Part shown: one piece after another, positions 36,548 to 44,751 of the stretch
How the letters are laid out: the number at the start of each line of letters is the position of its first letter
Position numbering within the stretch: position 1 is the stretch's first letter
NCBI GenBank assembly: GCA_964523485.1
Contig: CAZFZS010000001.1
Coordinates: 148,466 to 212,465 of the forward strand
DNA length: 64,000 nt
Source: an uncultured Phycisphaeraceae bacterium
GTDB lineage: Bacteria; Planctomycetota; Phycisphaerae; Phycisphaerales; Phycisphaeraceae
Direction of reading: 5' to 3'
The notes under the pieces: generated by a model
Database searches by the model: none
The model's input: only the letters and a program-made list of their open reading frames with translations
Told to the model about the DNA's origin: nothing
Made by a program: the position numbers and the translations under genes

Positions 36548-38780
36548 GTCGGCCGACCCACCCCTGGCTGAACCTGAACCGCAAGCGACAACCCAGTCGC
36601 CCAGCAACGCTTGGCCGATGCTTCTGAGCATCATCGTTTCCGCGGCCTTGGCCTGGGTGCTGCTGAGCGGGTTCGGATTGCAGCCCTGGCTTTCGGCACT
36701 GGGCATCGTGGCCGATGCGCTGCCGAGTTTGATCATGCTCTGGGCGGCCGCGGCGGGGATGGGTCAACTCGTTTTTCGACTTGGCTTAATGAGTCGTGAC
36801 GCGATGCCTTGGTCGATCCGGTGTGCGATCGGTCTTATGGCGCTCGGGCTGCTGCTTTACACGTTGGCGTGGACCGTCGCGCTTCACCGCTCGATGGTAA
36901 TGAGCGTCTTGGCGGTCGGTTGGATCATGTTGATCGCGGAAGGTTTCCGAAAGTTGCGCAGGGCCGGGCGGGGTGAGTCGCACCCCACGCTGAGGTCGAT
37001 CCGACAATCGCTCTCGTCAATGAATGCTTTGTGGTTCTCACTTCCGGGGGCGGCGTTGTTGGTGATGGCGGCGTGCTGTCCGCCGGGCACGATTTGGCGG
37101 GTCGAGGCGATGGGCTATGACGTGATGAGCTATCACCTGCAGGTCCCACGCGAGTGGGTCGCGGCAGGTCGGATGCTCGGGCTGGAGCACAACGTCTACA
37201 GCTTTCTTCCGGGCATGATGGAACTGTTTTACGCGGTGCTGATCACGCTGCGTGGCGGCGAGGCAATCGGATCGTTGTATGCGTGTCAGTTGTTTTCGGT
37301 GAGTTTGATGGGGTTGGCCGCGGCGGGGGTAGGGTGTGCGGTGCTTGCCGTGATGCGGCGTGACACTTCCGGGGGTGATCCGCGGATTCGCAAAGCCTCA
37401 TCCGCGGCTTCGGGGGTGATTGGAGGAATAGTTGCAGGGGTTTTTCTATGTGTGCCTTGGGTGTTGGTCACCGGGTCGATGGCGTATCACGAGGCGGGGA
37501 TGCTGGCCTTCGGCATCGCGGCGTTGACGGTGGCGTTGCAGGGTGGCTTGGGTGTGAGACACGCGGCGGTGGTGGGGCTGCTGTTGGGTATGGCGACGCT
37601 GTGTAAACCAACGGCGGGGTTCATGCTCGGCCTGCCGATCGGCGTACTCATACTGCTGCTGGCTTGGCGAAATGCACCATCAGAAAAACGCGTCGGCGTC
37701 ACCTTACGGGTCGCGGCGGTTTGTCTCGCAGTCGGTCTGCTCACGCTCAGCCCGTACCTCGCCCGCAACGCGGCGGCAACGGGCAACCCGTTGTTCCCCT
37801 TCGCGCTGGACCTGCTGGGGCAGGGCCATTGGTCGGACGCCACGGCCGAGCGTTGGCAACTCGCCCACGGCGAGGCCCCCCGGAAGTTGGCCGCGGTGAC
37901 TGCCATCTGGCAGCAAGTCTTAGGCAACACCGGCTACGGCGCAATCGGCGGATCGCCCACCCCGGCCGAGTCCTACAACATCGCGCGCTTCGCCAACCAA
38001 GGCGGCCTGCCTGTGCTGTGGATCACCGTCGCCATCGCATCAGGGCTAGGCCTATTCTCCACGCCCGTATTCAAGCATCAGAAACTTCTGGTACTCGCGA
38101 TGCTCGGTTGGATCGCCTGGCAGGTGTTGTGCTGGTTAGGCCTGACCCATCGCCAGTCGCGGTTCATGATCACGCTGCTGCCGCCCGCGGTCGTGCTGCT
38201 TGGCATCGGATTGGGGACGCTTGCTCATTTCGGCAGACCCGCGAAGGCGGTTGCGCTCGGTTGCGGGGGGCTGGTGATCGTCGCCTTGCTTTGGGTCAGC
38301 TTCTTGACCCTGCAAAATCAGACGACGCCTTTACGTGATGCAGCCGGCAACCCGCTCGGCCCGGCCCCGTTGGGGTTGATCGTCGATGCCCTGCCTACAC
38401 CCCATGGCACGGGTCTGTTGCCCGAACCGATCGTCAACCAACGGCCAATCGGCAGCCCGGTGCTCATCGTCGCGGACAACAGCTCGCTGCTTTACGCCGA
38501 AGCGCCGTTTCACTATGCGAGTGCGTTTGACGAACCTTGGTTGGCCGATGCGATTCAGCGGGCCGAGCAGACCAATACGCCTAGCCGATCGCTCGCCATC
38601 GAACTTCGTGAGCGGGGCATCCGATACGTCTACGTCGGCTATGGCGAACTGAGCCGCCTGCACGCTACCTATGGATTTGACCCCCGCATCACCGAAGCCA
38701 GCCTGCGTACCCTGACCGTCGATTGGCCCCGCGAGTTCGAAAGCCGCGTCGCGGGCTTCTACCGCGTCCCGCAAAACTGA
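36540..38780 (+). CDS. Multi-pass membrane protein, GT-C (ArnT/PMT-like) glycosyltransferase candidate
   Basis: More than 12 TM segments, YDVMSYHLQVP motif, CKPTA, RNAAATGNPLFPF, QSRF; ATG overlaps the hemA stop. Confidence 0.7.
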   Translation: MIRSADPPLAEPEPQATTQSPSNAWPMLLSIIVSAALAWVLLSGFGLQPWLSALGIVADALPSLIMLWAAAAGMGQLVFRLGLMSRDAMPWSIRCAIGLMALGLLLYTLAWTVALHRSMVMSVLAVGWIMLIAEGFRKLRRAGRGESHPTLRSIRQSLSSMNALWFSLPGAALLVMAACCPPGTIWRVEAMGYDVMSYHLQVPREWVAAGRMLGLEHNVYSFLPGMMELFYAVLITLRGGEAIGSLYACQLFSVSLMGLAAAGVGCAVLAVMRRDTSGGDPRIRKASSAASGVIGGIVAGVFLCVPWVLVTGSMAYHEAGMLAFGIAALTVALQGGLGVRHAAVVGLLLGMATLCKPTAGFMLGLPIGVLILLLAWRNAPSEKRVGVTLRVAAVCLAVGLLTLSPYLARNAAATGNPLFPFALDLLGQGHWSDATAERWQLAHGEAPRKLAAVTAIWQQVLGNTGYGAIGGSPTPAESYNIARFANQGGLPVLWITVAIASGLGLFSTPVFKHQKLLVLAMLGWIAWQVLCWLGLTHRQSRFMITLLPPAVVLLGIGLGTLAHFGRPAKAVALGCGGLVIVALLWVSFLTLQNQTTPLRDAAGNPLGPAPLGLIVDALPTPHGTGLLPEPIVNQRPIGSPVLIVADNSSLLYAEAPFHYASAFDEPWLADAIQRAEQTNTPSRSLAIELRERGIRYVYVGYGELSRLHATYGFDPRITEASLRTLTVDWPREFESRVAGFYRVPQN
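37377..37410 (+). repeat. Family-B 34-bp REP-like element (intragenic, GT-C gene)
   Basis: GATCCGCGGATTCGCAAAGCCTCATCCGCGGCTT. Confidence 0.92.
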
Positions 38781-38792
38781 TTGACTGCAGCA

Positions 38793-39830
38793 TCAACCTT
38801 CCGATGTGATCTTCACCAGTTTTTCCAGCACCTGCTTCGCTGCACCGGTATCGATTGCTTCGCTGGCCAGGGTCAGGCCGTGGTCGATTGAGTCGGCGGC
38901 GTCGGCGATGAGCAGGGCGGCGGCGGCGTTGAGCAGCGTGATATCACGGGCCGGTCCTTGCTCGCCGTCGAGCACCCGCTGCACGATGGCGGCCGAGTCG
39001 CTGGGCGTCTCGATCGCGACCGAGTCGGGCACCGCGAAGGGCAGACCTAATGCCGCGGGGTCGAGTGGGTAGGTTTTCACCATGCCGTTGTGAAGTTCCC
39101 AGGCGTTGGCCGGGCCGAACGTCGTCAGTTCCCCGAGGCTTCGGCCGTCCGGCAGGACGCTATGCACCAGCATCACCCGCTCGGCATCGAGACGGATCAG
39201 GGCATCGACCATCAGCTGGGCGACCTCTGGCGAAGGCACGCCGATGAGCTGCCGCGTCGCCCGGGCAGGGTTGGTCAGCGGGCCGACGAGATTGAAAATC
39301 GTGCGGAACCCCAGGGCCGCGCGGATCGGCCCGGCATGTTTCATGGCGGGATGATGCTGCGGTGCAAAACAAAAGCACATGCCCGCTTCATCAAGACATT
39401 GAGTCAAGACCTCCGGCGGGGCGGTCAGCGTCACGCCAAGCTGTTCGAGCACATTGGATGAGCCGCTCTTAGAGGTGACCGAGCGATTGCCATGCTTGGC
39501 CACCGCGATGCCCAGCGGCCGACCCGCCGCGGACGCGACGATCGCCGCCGTAGTCGAAATATTGAAAAAGTTCGACCCCGTCCCCCCCGCCCCGCAGGTG
39601 TCGATCACCGTCAGCCCATCGGGCACGTCCACCGGCACGCTGAGCTTGCGCATCACCCGGGCGGCACCGACCAGTTCGTCCGCCACCGCGCCGCGCTGGG
39701 CGATCAGGGCGAGCATCGCGCCGGCCTGGGCGGGGTCGAGTTCGCCGGCCATCAACAACCCGAATGCCTGCTCCGCCTGCGACTCGGAAAACGGCGACCC
39801 ATCGACCAGATGCGAGAGGAGTTCTTTCAT
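38793..39830 (-). CDS. trpD: Anthranilate phosphoribosyltransferase
   Basis: DTCGAGGTG..FNIST, KHGNRSVTSKSGS, HHPAMKH, RTIFNLVGPLTNP, LNAAAAL. Confidence 0.98.
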   Translation of the reverse strand: MKELLSHLVDGSPFSESQAEQAFGLLMAGELDPAQAGAMLALIAQRGAVADELVGAARVMRKLSVPVDVPDGLTVIDTCGAGGTGSNFFNISTTAAIVASAAGRPLGIAVAKHGNRSVTSKSGSSNVLEQLGVTLTAPPEVLTQCLDEAGMCFCFAPQHHPAMKHAGPIRAALGFRTIFNLVGPLTNPARATRQLIGVPSPEVAQLMVDALIRLDAERVMLVHSVLPDGRSLGELTTFGPANAWELHNGMVKTYPLDPAALGLPFAVPDSVAIETPSDSAAIVQRVLDGEQGPARDITLLNAAAALLIADAADSIDHGLTLASEAIDTGAAKQVLEKLVKITSEG

Positions 39831-39847
39831 ACAGAAAGTCTACCCAA

Positions 39848-39873
39848 AGCCGACGGATCGCCATCCGTCGGCT
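39848..39873. repeat. Family-A palindrome
   Basis: AGCCGACGGAT-CGCC-ATCCGTCGGCT between the small membrane gene and trpD. Confidence 0.88.
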
Positions 39874-39892
39874 GTACGAAGTCAAAACAGAT

Positions 39893-40132
39893 TCAAAGCA
39901 CCCAAACCATCATCCACAACGCCACGGCCGCGGCCCCCATGAAAATCACGATCTGCAGTGTCAGCTTCACAACCTCACGCGGCAACTGGCTCAGGTCCCG
40001 CAGCTTGATCGTTTTGTACGCCACCGCGATCAGCACGATCAACGGCAGAAACAACAGCAGCCAACCCACCGTCCCGGTGTATGGGATCGGATCGATGAAT
40101 GGGCGATAAGCGACGTGTAGCAACGGAAGCAT
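39893..40132 (-). CDS. Small two-TM hypothetical membrane protein
   Basis: RPFIDPIP..WLLLFLPLIVLIAVAYKTIK; start 40132 or 40150. Confidence 0.7.
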   Translation of the reverse strand: MLPLLHVAYRPFIDPIPYTGTVGWLLLFLPLIVLIAVAYKTIKLRDLSQLPREVVKLTLQIVIFMGAAAVALWMMVWVL

Positions 40133-40225
40133 GGGGAGCGATTGGACCATTGCGACGCTTGAGCAAGGACAGGACAACAGCAAATCAGGAAAACGATAAG
40201 TCAGCAATTGGAGCTTTGCGCTGAA

Positions 40226-40834
40226 TCATGATGGATTCGTTTCCCGCTTCTCTGATTTTCTATTTTTCTTCTCCGTGTCTCCGTGTCTCGGTGTTCTCTG
40301 TGGTTGATTTCGCGGCTCGCGGTAAAGCACGTCGATCATAGCCAGGAGGTTCAGCAGCCCGGCCATGCAGGTAAACAGCGTGCCCTGCTCGTGGGCTCGG
40401 CCCAGCGCTGGTTCAAAGGGCGGCTCATCGACGGGGTCAAAGGATCGGCCGGCCATGAGCTGGTCGGCGACCATCTGATCGCGGTACCAGTCGGCAACGG
40501 TCGACGGGGCGATGAGCATCTGGCCGAGGAACCAGGCCGGCTGATTATTGCGGTCAATTACGGAGATCCCACCGACGAATAATCCGATGAGCCAGAGCGT
40601 GCCGATGCTGATCGCGAGGATGACGGCTCGTTTCTGCTGGCCCAGTAAAAAATGACCCAGCCCCGGCAACACCCATCCCGCGACGGCGGCCGCGAGATGC
40701 CAGGAGGACGGCGAGCCCTCGGGCGAAGCGGTTTCCTTGACGCTATCCGCGTCAGCTTCGGGGGCGGCTTCCGCGGTGAATTCCGGGGGCGGCTGGGTTG
40801 CTTGTTCGGGTTCGGGGTGGGGTGATGGTGTCAC
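40226..40834 (-). CDS. DUF6677-like membrane protein
   Basis: AGWVLPGLGHFLLG...AGLLNLLAMID pattern; acidic Pro-rich N-terminus; 3' end runs into a 9-bp repeat (40271-40303). Confidence 0.65.
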   Translation of the reverse strand: MTPSPHPEPEQATQPPPEFTAEAAPEADADSVKETASPEGSPSSWHLAAAVAGWVLPGLGHFLLGQQKRAVILAISIGTLWLIGLFVGGISVIDRNNQPAWFLGQMLIAPSTVADWYRDQMVADQLMAGRSFDPVDEPPFEPALGRAHEQGTLFTCMAGLLNLLAMIDVLYREPRNQPQRTPRHGDTEKKNRKSEKRETNPS

Positions 40835-40930
40835 GGATCAGCGGTTCGGGCATGGGTTTGTCGGACTATAACGATCGCGCGGGTTATGCTGGGGGGAAAG
40901 AAAAAGTTTGCAAACCGCTCGAATCGACCA

Positions 40931-40958
40931 TTGACAAAATCCATCGGACCGATAGTTT
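40931..40958 (+). promoter_or_regulatory. Putative sigma70 promoter
   Basis: Perfect TTGACA, 16-bp spacer, TAGTTT; upstream of the acidic/basic gene pair. Confidence 0.55.
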
Positions 40959-41049
40959 AAGCGCCAGTTGGCTCAAGCCCGGGAGGCGTGGCGGCCGACA
41001 ACGGTATTTGTTGCTTTACACCAGCGGTTTTATTGGGAGGTTACGACCC

Positions 41050-41313
41050 ATGTTGGCATTCACACCCTTTCGGCAGACCCCCGGATTTCTCCTGGATTCT
41101 GAAGAAGACCCGCGTTGGCCGATGCTGGTCGACGACGACGGCGAATTTGAGGACGACGACTTTCTGGACGATGAAGAGGATGAGGACGACCTCTACGACG
41201 ACGACGATGAAGAAGACGAGGACGACGACTTCTTCGACGACGACGATGATGAAGAGGACGACCTGTTCGACGACGACGAGGACGAAGACCTCTTCGACGA
41301 CGATGACGATTGA
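41050..41313 (+). CDS. Small polyacidic protein (87 aa; 48 of the last 60 residues D/E)
   Basis: GGAGG SD before ATG 41050; synonymous variation (GAC/GAT/GAA/GAG) through the acidic tract supports coding. Confidence 0.75.
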   Translation: MLAFTPFRQTPGFLLDSEEDPRWPMLVDDDGEFEDDDFLDDEEDEDDLYDDDDEEDEDDDFFDDDDDEEDDLFDDDEDEDLFDDDDD

Positions 41314-41372
41314 TCCGGCCTGACGCTTCGTGTCGTCGGCCGACCCCGGCAGGACGACTACGGAGCAGATTC

Positions 41373-41756
41373 ATGGCCCAGCCCGACAAGCAAGAACAAA
41401 CCCCCCGCGGCAACGACCGCCGACAGAACGTGGTCGACACCCGCCCGGCCGGCACCGGCTTGGAGCGTCGCCGCGGCCCGGGACGCCGCCGCAGCGACTT
41501 CATCAAAGCCGCAGAGGAAGGCGAGATGACCGGCGAGCAGTTCCTGTTCATCAAGGCCATCGACGCATACAAGCGTGTCAACGATCGGCCGTTCCCGACC
41601 TGGACCGAGGTGCTCGAAGTCTTGCGCAAGCTCGGCTATCGCAAAACGATGCCGACCGAATTGCAGATTCCCTCGGCCGAGGACTGGACCGAATCCGCCA
41701 ACGCCCCGGCCTTCCCGCCGCCGGCCGAGGACCTGCCCGAGCAGGAAGCGGCGTGA
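41373..41756 (+). CDS. Hypothetical protein with Arg-rich DRR/ERRR motif and a small helical domain
   Basis: GGAG SD; NDRR..LERRRGPGRRRSD, EMTGEQF..AIDAYKRVNDRPFPTWTEVLEV..LGYRK. Confidence 0.8.
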   Translation: MAQPDKQEQTPRGNDRRQNVVDTRPAGTGLERRRGPGRRRSDFIKAAEEGEMTGEQFLFIKAIDAYKRVNDRPFPTWTEVLEVLRKLGYRKTMPTELQIPSAEDWTESANAPAFPPPAEDLPEQEAA

Positions 41757-41759
41757 GGG

Positions 41760-41865
41760 AATTTTTGATTTTGGACTGAGGATTTTGGATTGTTCACTCA
41801 ACCTACCTGCAGCAAATGTCGGCAGCAGGCCAAATCAAAAATCCTCACTCAATAATCTAAAATCG
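41760..41865. repeat. AT-rich inverted-repeat element of the ATTTTGG/CCAAAAT type
   Basis: TTTTTGATTT..TGAGGATTTT on the left vs AAATCAAAAATCCTCA..AATCTAAAATC on the right. Confidence 0.65.
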
Positions 41866-41885
41866 TTTCCCCTAAACTGTCGTCC

Positions 41886-42437
41886 ATGCCCGGCGACCAT
41901 CCGCACGACACATCTCACCTGCCTTACCGCATTGCGGTGTTGTGCTATCTGTTCGATGAGCAGGGCCGACTGCTGCTGTTGCATCGACGTAAGGCTCCGA
42001 ACCGCGACTTGTATTCACCCATCGGCGGCAAACTCGAGCAGGCGATCGGCGAGAGCCCGACCGCCTGTGCTGTCCGCGAAATCCAGGAAGAGGTCGGCCT
42101 GGCCGTCAGTGAGCAGGATCTGCACCTGACCGGCATCGTCTCGGAAACCGCGTTCGAGGACCAAGGCCATTGGCTGATGTTTCTATTCGAGATGACCCGG
42201 CCCGCGGCGGTGGAGCGGATGGAATTCGATGAGGGTCGGCTGGAATGGCATGATGTCGAGGCCGTCACCGACCTGAATATCCCCGACACCGATCGGCAGA
42301 TCATTTGGCCACAGTTTCTCGCTCACCGCGGTGGATTCTTCGCGGCCCACATCGACTGCCACGGCGGCAAGACGGATTGGGCGATGCATCAGTCCACCCC
42401 CGCCGCTGACCTGGTCGGGCCATCGGGCTCACCATAA
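41886..42437 (+). CDS. NUDIX hydrolase (MutT-like)
   Basis: GGKLE...ESP..CAVREIQEEVGL Nudix box. Confidence 0.92.
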   Translation: MPGDHPHDTSHLPYRIAVLCYLFDEQGRLLLLHRRKAPNRDLYSPIGGKLEQAIGESPTACAVREIQEEVGLAVSEQDLHLTGIVSETAFEDQGHWLMFLFEMTRPAAVERMEFDEGRLEWHDVEAVTDLNIPDTDRQIIWPQFLAHRGGFFAAHIDCHGGKTDWAMHQSTPAADLVGPSGSP

Positions 42438-42625
42438 TGGGTCCTGAAATGAATTCACATACTTCACAGTTGCGTTCTCAATTCGCTTGATTGCGGGCGG
42501 TGGTTTATCCTATGGTTCTGCCCGCTCGTTTCGCCCCGCTGGGCGTTAAGCTATGGCGGGCCGGCCGACCGATGAATGGGCTTGGCCTTTGAACTTTGAC
42601 CGACCCGCCCCGAAGGATTCGACTG

Positions 42626-43054
42626 ATGCAACATCGCTCCCGCCGCCTGACTGGCTCGCTGCTCGCCTGTGTCTGCCTCGCCGCTGTCGTCGCCTTGGGC
42701 GGCTGCTCGCAGGACCAGCACGTCTACCGCTCGACCGCATTGGCCCCGAAGGCGGTGTCGATCATCTCCTACGAGACCGGCAAGACGCTTTGGAGCATGA
42801 ACATCCCCGTCGGCCAACAGCTGCACTTGGATTTCAGCCGAAAGAACAAAGGCGGCGAGGTCTATCGCAGCCCGAACATTCCGGCCGACAAGGTCAAGTG
42901 GACGCTGTACTCGCTTGACGCTATGCCTGAATACGGCGGCCACAAGATGAAGGGTGGTAAACGCATCAAGGGCGACACCGTGAAGCTGCCCGGCGAGGCG
43001 ATCGGCATCGAGGTCTCGCTCATCGATCAGGAAACGGCCGCGAGTGCCCAGTAA
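42626..43054 (+). CDS. Hypothetical lipoprotein
   Basis: Basic N-region, hydrophobic core, lipobox LGGC. Confidence 0.75.
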   Translation: MQHRSRRLTGSLLACVCLAAVVALGGCSQDQHVYRSTALAPKAVSIISYETGKTLWSMNIPVGQQLHLDFSRKNKGGEVYRSPNIPADKVKWTLYSLDAMPEYGGHKMKGGKRIKGDTVKLPGEAIGIEVSLIDQETAASAQ

Positions 43055-43081
43055 ATTGTCAGCACCATTTCAACATTGATC

Positions 43082-43111
43082 AAAGCCCACGGCATTGTGT
43101 CCGTGGGTTTT
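43082..43111. repeat. Family-A palindrome variant / probable terminator
   Basis: AAAGCCCACGG-CATTGTGT-CCGTGGGTTTT after the lipoprotein gene. Confidence 0.75.
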
Positions 43112-43185
43112 TCATTGCCTAGCCGTTGCGGTGGTGAGCGATTGCGACGTTGAGCCGTTAAACTTCCGGGCCGAAAGATGGATTT

Positions 43186-44622
43186 ATGACTGAAAACGAC
43201 ACCGCGACCGATCCTGCTGAACTTTACCAACCTGCCGACCCGGAGCAGGAGCTTTTTGATACCTCCAAGACGTTCGCCGATCTGGGTCTGAGCGAACGCG
43301 TCGTCAAGGGGCTGACCGAGGCCGGCTTTGAACATCCCACCGGGATTCAAGCAGAACTGATCCCGCTGATCATCCAAGGCAAGGACGTCATCGGCCAAGC
43401 CAAGACCGGGACGGGCAAGACCGCGGCGTTCGGCCTGCCCGTGCTGTCCATGGCTGACCCGGATATCCGCGGGCAGGCCCTTGTGCTCGCCCCAACCCGC
43501 GAACTCGCCGCTCAGGTCGCCGCGGAACTCGACAGTCTGGGCAAGGCGACGAGCATCCGTACCTCGGTCATCATCGGCGGCGAGTCAATGCGGCAGCAGC
43601 AGAAATCATTGGAGCGCGGCGGCCATCTGGTCGTCGGCACGCCCGGCCGGGTGATGGATTTGCACGGCCGGGGCCAACTAGACTTCAATCAGGTCCGCTA
43701 CGTCATCCTTGACGAGGTTGACCGGATGCTGGACATCGGCTTTCGCGAAGACATCCGCAAGATTTTGAAGGCAATCCCTCGGCCGATCGACAAACCCGTC
43801 ACCGAAGGCGGCCGACAGACGATCTTTGTCTCCGCCACCGTGGATGTGCAGATCGAACGGTTGGCCCGGTCGTTCATGAAGCCGGATGCGGAAAAAATCA
43901 CGACCGTGTCCGGCTCGCTGACCGTCGCGATGGTCGATCAAAAATATTTTGCCGTCGAACCTTGGGACAAACGGGCGCTTTTGCTGAAACTGATGCAGAA
44001 GGAAAAGCCCGACACGACGGTCGTTTTCTGCAAGACCAAAGCGACGGTCCGCAAGGTCGCGGAATACCTCAAACGCAAAGAGCTCAACGTCCGCGAGATA
44101 CACGGCGACTTGCACCAGTCCAAGCGCAATAAAGTCATGGATGCGCTGCGCAAGGAACGGGTCGATGTGCTGATCGCCAGCGATTTGGCGGCGCGTGGCT
44201 TGGATGTTGACCATATCACGCATGTGATTAACTACGACTTGCCCGAAGACCCGGAGGTGTACATCCACCGGATTGGGCGGACGGCCCGTGCGGGTCGGCG
44301 GGGGGTGGCGTGGACCTTTGTCACGCCGGACCAGGGCCAGATGTTGACCGAGGTCGAAAAGCTCGCCGGCGCGATGATCGACAAGCAGGACTACCCCGAC
44401 TTCAAGCCCGGCCCCGTGCCGAAGGATGTGCAGGAAGAACGGGCGACCGGCATTAGCAAGCGCGACAAGCCCCGCTCCATCGCCGACCGCCAGACCGTCG
44501 GCGGCGTCGACCCCGCTGCGGGCTACAGCGACGAAGAACTCAAGGCCATGTTCCCCGACGGGAAGATCCCCAAGAATCTGCCGCCCAAGACGCTGGGCAG
44601 CAAGTTCAAGCGTCGGCGATGA
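43186..44622 (+). CDS. DEAD-box RNA helicase
   Basis: Q motif, GTGKT, PTRELA, TPGR, DEVD, SAT, ARGLD, YIHRIGRTARAG. Confidence 0.97.
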   Translation: MTENDTATDPAELYQPADPEQELFDTSKTFADLGLSERVVKGLTEAGFEHPTGIQAELIPLIIQGKDVIGQAKTGTGKTAAFGLPVLSMADPDIRGQALVLAPTRELAAQVAAELDSLGKATSIRTSVIIGGESMRQQQKSLERGGHLVVGTPGRVMDLHGRGQLDFNQVRYVILDEVDRMLDIGFREDIRKILKAIPRPIDKPVTEGGRQTIFVSATVDVQIERLARSFMKPDAEKITTVSGSLTVAMVDQKYFAVEPWDKRALLLKLMQKEKPDTTVVFCKTKATVRKVAEYLKRKELNVREIHGDLHQSKRNKVMDALRKERVDVLIASDLAARGLDVDHITHVINYDLPEDPEVYIHRIGRTARAGRRGVAWTFVTPDQGQMLTEVEKLAGAMIDKQDYPDFKPGPVPKDVQEERATGISKRDKPRSIADRQTVGGVDPAAGYSDEELKAMFPDGKIPKNLPPKTLGSKFKRRR

Positions 44623-44647
44623 GACATATCCATGATCGACTTGTTTC

Positions 44648-44677
44648 AAAGCCGAGGGATGGCCATCCCTCGGCTTT
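44648..44677. repeat. Family-A palindrome
   Basis: AAAGCCGAGGGAT-GGCC-ATCCCTCGGCTTT (perfect). Confidence 0.92.
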
Positions 44678-44751
44678 GCCGTTACGCTTCCATTGCTCGG
44701 CGGCGGGTGCGTCCCTAAGATGGGAGAACCGCTCGAACCGAAACCTCCGCC

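Noticed and set aside
40976-40987. ykkC-type riboswitch tail AAGCCCGGGAGG
   Set aside because: The upstream CUAGGGUUCCG and ACGGnGGGA conserved blocks are missing.
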